From Octopus bimaculoides (lineage: Eukaryota), in contig NC_068984.1 of NCBI RefSeq assembly GCF_001194135.2, positions 147,566,840 through 147,630,839 of the forward strand: DNA of 64,000 nucleotides, given 5' to 3'. Each line of letters starts with the position of its first letter. The stretch's first letter is position 1. The notes under the pieces were generated by a model. The model searched no databases. It had not been told where the DNA came from and saw nothing but the letters and a program-made list of their open reading frames with translations. Shown here one piece after another: positions 13,006 to 24,138 of the stretch. Position numbers and translations under genes: made by a program.

Positions 13006-14438
13006 NNNNNNNNNNNNNNNNNNNNNNNNNNNNNNNNNNNNNNNNNNNNNNNNNNNNNNNNNNNNNNNNNNNNNNNNNNNNNNNNNNNNNNNNNNNNNNN
13101 NNNNNNNNNNNNNNNNNNNNNNNNNNNNNNNNNNNNNNNNNNNNNNNNNNNNNNNNNNNNNNNNNNNNNNNNNNNNNNNNNNNNNNNNNNNNNNNNNNNN
13201 NNNNNNNNNNNNNNNNNNNNNNNNNNNNNNNNNNNNNNNNNNNNNNNNNNNNNNNNNNNNNNNNNNNNNNNNNNNNNNNNNNNNNNNNNNNNNNNNNNNN
13301 NNNNNNNNNNNNNNNNNNNNNNNNNNNNNNNNNNNNNNNNNNNNNNNNNNNNNNNNNNNNNNNNNNNNNNNNNNNNNNNNNNNNNNNNNNNNNNNNNNNN
13401 NNNNNNNNNNNNNNNNNNNNNNNNNNNNNNNNNNNNNNNNNNNNNNNNNNNNNNNNNNNNNNNNNNNNNNNNNNNNNNNNNNNNNNNNNNNNNNNNNNNN
13501 NNNNNNNNNNNNNNNNNNNNNNNNNNNNNNNNNNNNNNNNNNNNNNNNNNNNNNNNNNNNNNNNNNNNNNNNNNNNNNNNNNNNNNNNNNNNNNNNNNNN
13601 NNNNNNNNNNNNNNNNNNNNNNNNNNNNNNNNNNNNNNNNNNNNNNNNNNNNNNNNNNNNNNNNNNNNNNNNNNNNNNNNNNNNNNNNNNNNNNNNNNNN
13701 NNNNNNNNNNNNNNNNNNNNNNNNNNNNNNNNNNNNNNNNNNNNNNNNNNNNNNACCATTTCGAGCGTGGCCGTTTTCGTGCGGGTGACACGTAAAAGCA
13801 CCCACTACACTCTCTGAGTGGTTGGTGTTAGGAAGGGCATCCAGCTGTAGAAACTCTGCCAAATCAGACTGGAGCCTGGTGTTGCCATCCGGTTTCACCA
13901 GTCCTCAGTCAAATCGTCCAACCCATGCTAGCATGGAAAGCGGACGTTAAACGATGATGATGATGATGATGATGATATATATATATATCATCATCATCAT
14001 CCATTGTCCATGCTGGCATGGGTTGGATGGTTTGAACAGAAGTGGCAAGCTGGGGAGCTGCACCAGACTCTAGTCTGTTGTGGCATGGTTTCTACAGCTG
14101 GATGCCCTTACTAACATGCCAACCACTTCACAATATGTGCTTTTATGTGGCACAAGTGCTTTTGGGGAACCACACAGGCACGTTTGCATGGCACCACCAT
14201 GAATACTTTACACAACCAAAGGGACTGATGTTAATGCTTCAGCATCCTGAGTTCAGCATCCTGAGTTCATCCTTCAGTACTTCATGCCATCTCTTCTCGG
14301 GTCTTCCACTTTCATGTGTTCCATCTACTTTGACAAATTGGCACTTCTTTATGGCGCTGTCAACATCCATCCACATCACATGACCAAACCAGTGCAGTCT
14401 TCTCTCTTGCACACAAGTAATTCCTCTTATTGCCTAAC

Positions 14439-14472
<34 letters not shown>

Positions 14473-14486
14473 TTCTCTCTCTTTCT

Positions 14487-14527
<41 letters not shown>

Positions 14528-15022
14528 AGGCTGTGAAAGATTTCAGAACATTTATAAAGAGAAGGTCTCGCTGTTTCCGGGATATTTTATATATCCCTTC
14601 AACAGAGACGGTGCGAGAAAATGGTTAAGCAGTTGTTATTCTAGAGAAGATATGGAATAGAGAGTGAAGTGGAGGAATGAAAACAGACGTGAGATATGCA
14701 AGGATGTTGTATCTGCAGTTCCATTATTTAAGCAGAATGGTATACATATAAGATTCCTGTACCTTGTGTGTAAGTTCCAACAGTATTTAAAATTGGTCAT
14801 TCCAAGCATAGAGTTTGTAACCCGTGTTATTGGAGTACAGCATGTCGTTTATCAAGTTTCTGGCACAGTAAATTATGTCATGGTGCTGTTTTTGTCACAG
14901 ACGATGCCCAACTGACCCCCTACTATTCAAACAATGTGCATGTATGAAGTTGAAAATATAAAATGGCAACAATTTACCCATTGCACCCTGTATGTGTGTG
15001 TGTGTGCGTGTGTGTGTGTGTG

Positions 15023-15090
<68 letters not shown>

Positions 15091-16580
15091 CTTAACTCAT
15101 TCCATCTCACAAGTGATAAGTAATGCACATTTATTTAGTATGAAATTACTGTTGATGTTCATGGTAGTGTAGCATAGACATTGCACCTGTAATTGTTGGT
15201 GTCTGTGGAGTGCCTTGAGTGCAGCCTGTGTTATTTTACCTGTGGCAACAAGCATGAAATTAAAGGTGTCGGGGATGGAGTTAGGGGTGGAATGTCTCAA
15301 ATTTATTTATTTTAGGTCGTTTGAAATTCCATTTCACCAAAGTTTTATCTATTTTCTCAACTTTTACTTGGATCTGTCATTGAAGCATGTAAAACAAATG
15401 AATGAACTGAACGTTTAAATTACCATATGTGTGTGTGTGTGTGTGTTTGTGCGTAACCTTGTCTTGACATTACAATGTTGTAAGTGAGCACCACCATCAT
15501 ACAAGCGATGTTCATTTTCTTCTGTAGTAAAATATTACCTTTCTTAGCAACAAGAAGAGCATCCAGCAATCTGCTGTAAATTCTGTTTGACCCATTACAA
15601 GAATGGAACAGTGTACGTTAAATGTTAACACACACACACACACACAATCTTAGCCGTTTTTTTGCTGCTTCTCCTTTCTTCTTTTTCTTGTCTTACAAGT
15701 CACATGGCAATCTCACTTGTGCCAGTAGCACAAAAAAAAAAAAAAATGACATTGGAACTCAGCACAGCCTTGCAATTCACTGGGCCTTGTCAAACCATTC
15801 AACCCATGCCAGCATGGAAAAACAGATGTTAAACGACAATGATTATATGTTTTTTGTAATTTAAGATTAGTGTATGATTTGAGCAGGGAAGATTTGGTTG
15901 CTATATCTAGTATGTTAAGCTACCATGTAAAGGCTTGTGCTTTGCTAGTTTGCAGATCTGGAATCAAATCCAGACTTGTAGACTTAACAGTATCCATGGA
16001 GAATCTTCCTCCACCCCATGTATTTTTCTTTGATTCATTCTGACGTTTGTCCTTCATATCTCTGAATATGAACAGATTGGTAGTTTTAATCTTTGTGGAC
16101 CCTGAGGTGACTTGGTTGAATATACGGTAACTTGAAGGAATTTCCAGTCCCCACAACCCCTGGGATGTGAGTTAAAACAACAAAAAGATTAAGAAAAAAG
16201 TTATCAGATTTTTAGAACACAGATTGCTGTGAAATCACTTCCCAGCAGTTGTAGGGGGTGAGGGCCACAGTGGAGAGGATGAAACTAAAGTAAATGGAAG
16301 TACAACTGTTTTGCATTAAATGTTAATAGAGATTAGATTAAGTGTTACAGGTGTGAGGTGGCTAGTTGTGGTGATGGTGGTGGTGGGGGGGGCAACTTAT
16401 ATTTATGATGTAGGATTACTGGAAAACCAACCAGACAGCCAACCAGCAAACCAGCCAGCCAGTTTGTCATAATCTGATGGGTGGTGCCTCTTGTATCTTC
16501 TAATTCAAGTTAATCAATTTGTTTATCATCATAGCGCTTTTACAATGGCACCATCGCACTAATGTCAGTCTCCCTGTGAC

Positions 16581-16615
16581 TATAAAATACCCATACATCT
16601 TCACTCCTGGCATTA
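16581..16615 (+). promoter_or_regulatory. Possible TATA box upstream of candidate exon 1c
   Basis: TATAAAA at 16581-16587 lies in non-repetitive sequence about 460 bp upstream of the ATG at 17045. This is a motif match only. Confidence 0.25.
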
Positions 16616-16959
16616 TCTTGCAGAATCATTTTTATTCAGGTTTTTTCTTTTGCTTGTTTTAATTTTCTTTGTTTCTTTCTTTTATTTCACAAATTATTTT
16701 GTTGAAGTCATTTGACCCATTTTGTCTGTGATCAATCATTCAAACTCATTTTATATTTATATTTCATTTCATTTCGTTTCTTAAAGTAGGAAATTTATTT
16801 AATAATAGCCGTTATGTAATTACAGAACAGCAATTTTAATTATCCACCTCACTTAATTGTGTTTACCGCTGAAGTTGTTGCAAATTTTCTGCCCAATTAC
16901 ACTCTTAGTATCCATCAAATTTATTTCTATACCAGTGTTTGGTGCCAAATAAGCTCCAC

Positions 16960-17006
<47 letters not shown>

Positions 17007-17044
17007 GAATCTTAAGAGTATTTTTTTTTTTATAAACTCTAAGC

Positions 17045-17147
17045 ATGTATGTAAACAATCCTAACAGCATGAATTGTTACTATCCCCCGCCATACAATTA
17101 TTCCTATCAGTATTACCAATCGCCAGTATATTATCAACCTGTCACAG
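17045..17147 (+). CDS. CAP1: Candidate alternative first coding exon 1c of CAP: MYVNNPNSMNCYYPPPYNYSYQYYQSPVYYQPVT
   Basis: ATG has A at -3. 34 open codons plus 1 nt end at a consensus donor CAG|GTGAGT in phase 1, the same phase as exon 1a. The composition (10 Tyr) is non-random. Confidence 0.65.
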
Positions 17148-17497
17148 GTGAGTTATCAATTTTTCTGTTTTATGGTAAATAATGCTGCCAGCCAAATATT
17201 CCAGTTGCAGTTTTTCTGTCTTATTCTGTTTCAAAGAGTGGTGAGGTGGGGTTCTATCAAATTTATTCACTGTATCTGTAACACAATATATTTAAGTAAT
17301 GCAGCACATGCAGGTACATATGGCAATATACGTATGTAGTACAATGTGTGAATGTAATACAATATATGCTGGTATATGATGCAATATATGTAATACAATG
17401 TATGACTCCTCTGATGTATATGCTTGATTTTCATGCCCTCCACCACCATCACATTCTGCAAGCACCTCCCCATGCTGAGGAGATGCTTGCACTGTGT

Positions 17498-17547
<50 letters not shown>

Positions 17548-19406
17548 TGCGTGCGTGTGTGTGTGTTGCTCAGCAGTTTTTAGCATACAATCAAAGAAGA
17601 AAATGATTTGCTTGACGCAACACAAAGGTTCTGATTTATGATAGGGTCCAAGTTCAAATCCAGCTGAACATTTTCAATATTGAATGCAATCACGACTCTT
17701 CCCAAACGTATGGTTTCAGGTTCAGTCTCACTGTGTGNNNNNNNNNNNNNNNNNNNNNNNNNNNNNNNNNNNNNNNNNNNNNNNNNNNNNNNNNNNNNNN
17801 NNNNNNNNNNNNNNNNNNNNNNNNNNNNNNNNNNNNNNNNNNNNNNNNNNNNNNNNNNNNNNNNNNNNNNNNNNNNNNNNNNNNNNNNNNNNNNNNNNNN
17901 NNNNNNNNNNNNNNNNNNNNNNNNNNNNNNNNNNNNNNNNNNNNNNNNNNNNNNNNNNNNNNNNNNNNNNNNNNNNNNNNNNNNNNNNNNNNNNNNNNNN
18001 NNAACACAGAAATGGAATAATTCAGGTGTGAAAGGTGATTTATGATTGTCAAGTGAAAAAAATGGCATCTTCACAAATAAATACATTCATTGCTTATATG
18101 GTGATGGTGATGGTAAGTGGTGGTGATGGTGAGGGTAAGTGGTGGTGGTGTAGTAGAAGCAATAATAGCAGCACTAGTGTAGTTAGTGGTGACTTGTAAC
18201 TTGTGCACTTTCTCTGCCTGTCATAGGAATGAATGTACAAGCTTGGCTGGGTGGTTAAGAAGTTTGCTTGCCAACCACATGGTTTCGAGTTCAATTTCAC
18301 TGCATCACATATAGCTTCTAGTGAAGTCTCGGATTAACCACTGTGGTTTTACCTGAGAAATTTGCTACACAGAAACTGTACTGAAACCTGTGTGTGTATC
18401 TTCACATTGACCCTGCTTGGGCAGCAGTGATGGGCTTATGACCCCACCACCACCGCCACCATCACCACACACTTAAATAAACAATAGGTTTGCTAATTTG
18501 ATGGTTCACTGGCGAGAAGACATGGAATAAAGTACCTTGGCCCCATCCACCTCTAGCTATTCCATTATACTTCCACCCCTAGCTATGCCCTAAACAAGGG
18601 GAGGGGACATGTTCATTCACACATCTCTAGACACACTTTGTTTCCACCAACTTCTGCTTTTCCTAGTATTTAGTACCTTTTTTGGGCAACTTTTTGTAGT
18701 TGTCACTTTTGGCTGGTGTTCTTGGGTGACAAGAACAGAATGACAGGTTGTGTGGTGACAGGGTGGGGAAGGTTGAGAAAAGGAATTATGTTGTGGTGGT
18801 CGTGGTGGGATTTTTGTAGTGTGAACTTATGTGATGATGGTGATAGTAATGGTGGTAATAAGTAATAATGGTGTTGAGGATAATGATGGTAGGTGGTTGC
18901 TGTCTGCTGTTGTTGGGGAATGGTGAGTGATCTGTTGATGATTGAATGGAGATGGGAACAGCGGTGAGAAAAGTTTGTTTTCTTTCTTTCTTTCTTTTTA
19001 GTAATCTACCCCTCTTCTGGGTGTCCCGTTGTTAGTGTTGGTGTTGAGGGGTCATAGCAATTCAAATAATGCTTGTTGGAGTAATGGAAGAGGTTGATTT
19101 AAGGTGCAGTTGCCCTAAAGGTAATGATTATGTTAGAGAGAAGGAGGGAGAGAAAAAGCAATTAAGTAACCTTCCTCATTTACTACATGAGTGGGGGACT
19201 GGAGTGGGGCTGGCCTAGAAAAGAAAGTAGGATTATCAGCCTGTAGCTGCAACAACACTAGTGTGTGTGTGTGTGTGTGTGTGTTGCTTGAGTACCACAC
19301 AAACCAACTAATCAGGAGCTTAGTGTCCTGGACTTGGTGTAAGGGGTCAGAGAAGTTTTGTGATAGTTTTGGTAGAGTTTTGAGTTTGTTTTCATGTCAC
19401 ATATAC

Positions 19407-19800
19407 ATGGGTACTTGTGTTAGTCACAGTCACAAAAAGCCATTGGTGGCTGTTGTGACACAGGACAGCAGTTGTACTGTAGGTGGTGGTGGTGGTGGTG
19501 GTGGTGGTGATGATGACAGTAGAGTTATTACAGGTAAAAGTGCTGTTTGTGTATCAGATTGCAATGAGGGCACTGAGACTACTTACTACGAGACTATCAA
19601 CAACTACCAGGAAAGCCACCACTACGTAAACAATTACCCCAACTACGATACTATCAAGGACCACTACTATGACAATAGCAAGAGCAGGACTTCTATCAGT
19701 GACGACGAGTATGACCTCTCCATTGATAAAATCTCACAACAAAAAGTGGGAATAGAAAAAGAGGAGGAGGAAGAGGAGGACAGCGATTATGCAGAAGTAG
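19407..19800 (+). CDS. CAP1: Candidate alternative first coding exon 1b of CAP: MGTCVSHSHKK... plus a Tyr-rich acidic tract ending DSDYAEV
   Basis: 131 codons plus 1 nt end at AG|GTAGGT (phase 1). The 3' part is rich in C-ending codons (TAC, AAC, GAC, CAC), unlike the surrounding intron. A phase-1 internal acceptor lies at 19557/19558. The 3' part is better supported than the ATG. Confidence 0.7.
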
Positions 19801-19932
19801 GTAGGTGTTAACACACTCTCTCTCCCATTGACCAACTTAACATCCGTAGCCCTCATCCTCTCTGCTCCAGAGATTCTGCTTACATGTAAATGTTGACTTC
19901 TTTGCAAGATTCACAATTTATAGTATTATCCA

Positions 19933-19965
<33 letters not shown>

Positions 19966-20460
19966 TTAACTGCATATGTATGTATGGAAGTGTCGAGAAG
20001 AATAATGTATGTGTCTGTGTGTGAGTATGTAGGGATGTCTATGTTTGTGTTAATGATAAAGGTGTTTGTGGATCAACTTCTTTCTGTATATGTATGCTTA
20101 CACACACACACACACNNNNNNNNNNNNNNNNNNNNNNNNNNNNNNNNNNNNNNNNNNNNNNNNNNNNNNNNNNNNNNNNNNNNNNNNNNNNNNNNNNNNN
20201 NNNNNNNNNNNNNNNNNNNNNNNNNNNNNNNNNNNNNNNNNNNNNNNNNNNNNNNNNNNNNNNNNNNNNNNNNNNNNNNNNNNNNNNNNNNNNNNNNNNN
20301 NNNNNNNNNNNNNNNNNNNNNNNNNNNNNNNNNNNNNNNNNNNNNNNNNNNNNNNNNNNNNNNNNNNNNNNNNNNNNNNNNNNNNNNNNNNNNNNNNNNN
20401 NNNNNNNNNNNNNNNNNNNNNNNNNNNNNNNNNNNNNNNNNNNNNNNNNNNNNNNNNNNN

Positions 20461-20502
<42 letters not shown>

Positions 20503-22239
20503 CATATGCATGTGTATGTATATGCATATGTGTATGTATATATATGTTCAATATGTTCAAGGTGATGCTCCAGCATGGCTGTAGTATAATGCATGAAACA
20601 AGTAAAAGATCAAATGTCTGTGTGTGTGTATGTATATACACAGGCATATATCTACTAGTCGTATGCGTGTGTGTGTGTGTGCATCTCTTCGTTTCTTAGC
20701 TCAAACCTTTCTCCTGACATCACCTGTTGTCTTTCAACAACCTGTACCTGTCTGAATCGTTGTTCTCTACACATTCCTGGAATACTAATCATGTGTTGTG
20801 CGTGACTCACACCAACTAAACTAGCTTAGTCTCTACTGTTGGAGCTATTTGGCTCTTCTGAAAACCGGAGGTAATTTAGTCATGATGCAGTCGCAACAGT
20901 ATTTAGCAAAATAACTTCTGCTTTTATACTTTCCAACCTATACTCAGTTGCCTTTCTCTCTCTCATGCCAGTATACTTCTTTCCTCCCAGTACTCTCTCT
21001 TCTCTCTCTCTCTCTCTCTCTCTCCTTGTCAAAGACACAATGTAATATGTACATTCTACCACAAACAGTGATACAAGGGATGTATTATATAATCAGTTAC
21101 TTTGCTCAGCAGCCTGAATTTCCTAAAACAAATGACCATTTTCTTTAAGAGGCCACTAGTTTTCCAACCCTTAATTGTAACATAGCTTGTCCCATAAATA
21201 AAATGGAGGCAAAAAAAAAAAAACACAGAAATCTGTTAAACTTTCCACCCAAAGAAAATTATGACAAAGCATCATGTATTGTAGCACCACATGAAACTGA
21301 ATGAAAGACTCTGCCTCTCCCTCACCCAATCTCCTATTCTCTCTTTTTTGACATTTCTGATTATTAGTACAATTGTCGTCAAAGTCCCTTAGAAACCCAT
21401 TGCTATTTTTAAATTAGTGATATTGTTTTAAATGCCTAAATAATTACAGTATGCTCCACCATAAAGTCAAAATAATGATGATGATGATCATCATCATCAT
21501 CTTAATGCCCATTTTTCCATACTTGCACAAGTCAGAGTTTAATGAGGAAAGTTCTCTATGGCTGGATGCCCTTCTTGTTGCCAACCTTCACCCGTTACCA
21601 AACAAGGTAATATTTCCCCATGGCCAGTTGTGTGTGTGACTGATTTGTCTTAGCATCACAAGATTGTTGTAAATGAATGCCATTCATTTCCAATATTCTG
21701 TGAAAGAGATTATTCTCCAGTTCTGCTGTCGGTTACACTGTATAACAAATTGACCATATTATCACAACCTTTGGACTGTCAAAAGCTGTTTATGTATTAT
21801 TTCTGCATCATCTTTTTCACTGCACGGTGTCTTGGACAAGTGTCTTCTGCTTTAGCCCCAAGCGAATCAAATCTGTGTGAGTGGATTTGATAGATTGAAG
21901 CTAAAAGAACCCAGTCTTGTGTGTGTTACTACCTCCTTGCCTTCACTTCACATGATAGCTGTAAATGAGTGTCACCATCATACAAGCTGTTCATTTCCAA
22001 TCTTCCATGAATACCTGTCTGATCATGGGGAAATGCTACCTGATTTGGAAACTGATGAGATTTAAAATGCAGGGCAACTGGCCATAGACAATCTTTCTCA
22101 ATAAATTCTGTCTGACCCATGCAAACATGGAAAATTGGGCAATATAAAGATGATGATGATGATTGCAATGATGGACTTTAATCAATGGGTATGACTCCAG
22201 CTGGTTCTGCCACATATCGTAGTTTCAATTCTTTGGAAT

Positions 22240-22340
22240 CTGATAATCTGATAATCTGATAATCAATAACCTATTGCTGAGCAAATATTGATATTGCTGA
22301 GCAAATATTGATATTGCTGAGCAAATATTGATATTGCTGC
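22240..22340. repeat. Adjacent short tandem repeats: about 3x TGATAATC, then about 3.5x of the 20-bp unit ATATTGCTGAGCAAATATTG
   Basis: Directly visible perfect tandem copies. Confidence 0.95.
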
Positions 22341-23062
22341 TATTTTGTTGTTTTGTGTTTGTTTTAGATAAAAAGGGAATAAATTTGCGCTTGTTAAAAG
22401 ATGTCTTAAATGCTGCAATTTTAATTGCTTTACTTTTTGCCAAATGCCCCAACATAGTTTTGGATCTTATCCAACATTTTCTATTTGTATTACTACATTT
22501 ATTAGGTTATAAGTTCCCAAACGCTCAAGAGTACATGCGCACACACACACACACACACACACTATATTTATATCTACATCTTTTAATCTTCAATCATCAT
22601 AATAGTAAGATTAGAAGAAAATTGTTCACTAATTGGTGAATGGCATTTTGAAATTACAATTGTTCTTACTGGGTCTTAAATTGAATGAATGAAGCTCCCT
22701 TTTTTTTATTTGGTTATGAAAGTCAACTGATAGCACCTTGGGCAAGTATCTTCTGTAGTCTTGGGCTGACCAATACCTGTAAGTGAATTTGGTAGATGGA
22801 AACTGTGTGGAAGCCTATCATGCACACACACACACACAAGTATGTGTGTGTTTGACCCTCACCCACCACTGTTTGACAACCGTTGTTGGTTTGTTTACAT
22901 TCTCGTAACTTAGTGGTTGAGCAATAGAAATTGATAGCATAAATACTGCCCTTTAAAAATAAATTACTGTTCGTGATTTGTCTGATTAAAACCTTCAAGG
23001 CAGTGCCCCAGCATGGCTGCAATCTAATGACTGAAACAAGTAAAAGAAAAGATAAACAAAAT

Positions 23063-23118
<56 letters not shown>

Positions 23119-24104
23119 TTAAATTTAAATGTTTTATAAGTTTGTATTCCTTGGTGGGGATGGGGCCAGTCTTCTTTCGAGAAGCAAGAAAAGTTTTACT
23201 TCATACTTAGTCGAAGGGAACAAGAAAANNNNNNNNNNNNNNNNNNNNNNNNNNNNNNNNNNNNNNNNNNNNNNNNNNNNNNNNNNNNNNNNNNNNNNNN
23301 NNNNNNNNNNNNNNNNNNNNNNNNNNNNNNNNNNNNNNNNNNNNNNNNNNNNNNNNNNNNNNNNNNNNNNNNNNNNNNNNNNNNNNNNNNNNNNNNNNNN
23401 NNNNNNNNNNNNNNNNNNNNNNNNNNNNNNNNNNNNNNNNNNNNNNNNNNNNNNNNNNNNNNNNNNNNNNNNNNNNNNNNNNNNNNNNNNNNNNNNNNNN
23501 NNNNNNNNNNNNNNNNNNNNNNNNNNNNNNNNNNNNNNNNNNNNNNNNNNNNNNNNNNNNNNNNNNNNNNNNNNNNNNNNNNNNNNNNNNNNNNNNNNNN
23601 NNNNNNNNNNNNNNNNNNNNNNNNNNNNNNNNNNNNNNNNNNNNNNNNNNNNNNNNNNNNNNNNNNNNNNNNNNNNNNNNNNNNNNNNNNNNNNNNNNNN
23701 NNNNNNNNNNNNNNNNNNNNNNNNNNNNNNNNNNNNNNNNNNNNNNNNNNNNNNNNNNNNNNNNNNNNNNNNNNNNNNNNNNNNNNNNNNNNNNNNNNNN
23801 NNNNNNNNNNNNNNNNNNNNNNNNNNNNNNNNNNNNNNNNNNNNNNNNNNNNNNNNNNNNNNNNNNNNNNNNNNNNNNNNNNNNNNNNNNNNNNNNNNNN
23901 NNNNNNNNNNNNNNNNNNNNNNNNNNNNNNNNNNNNNNNNNNNNNNNNNNNNNNNNNNNNNNNNNTTTTTTTTTCACCTTTACACCTCTCCTCCCTTATT
24001 TTACTTGTCAAAACTAAGATTAGAAACTTGCTGAAAATTTGGACTGGTGAATCTTCTCAAATAACTCCCTCCATGTTATTTTTTTAATTTTGTGTGCATA
24101 TATA

Positions 24105-24138
<34 letters not shown>

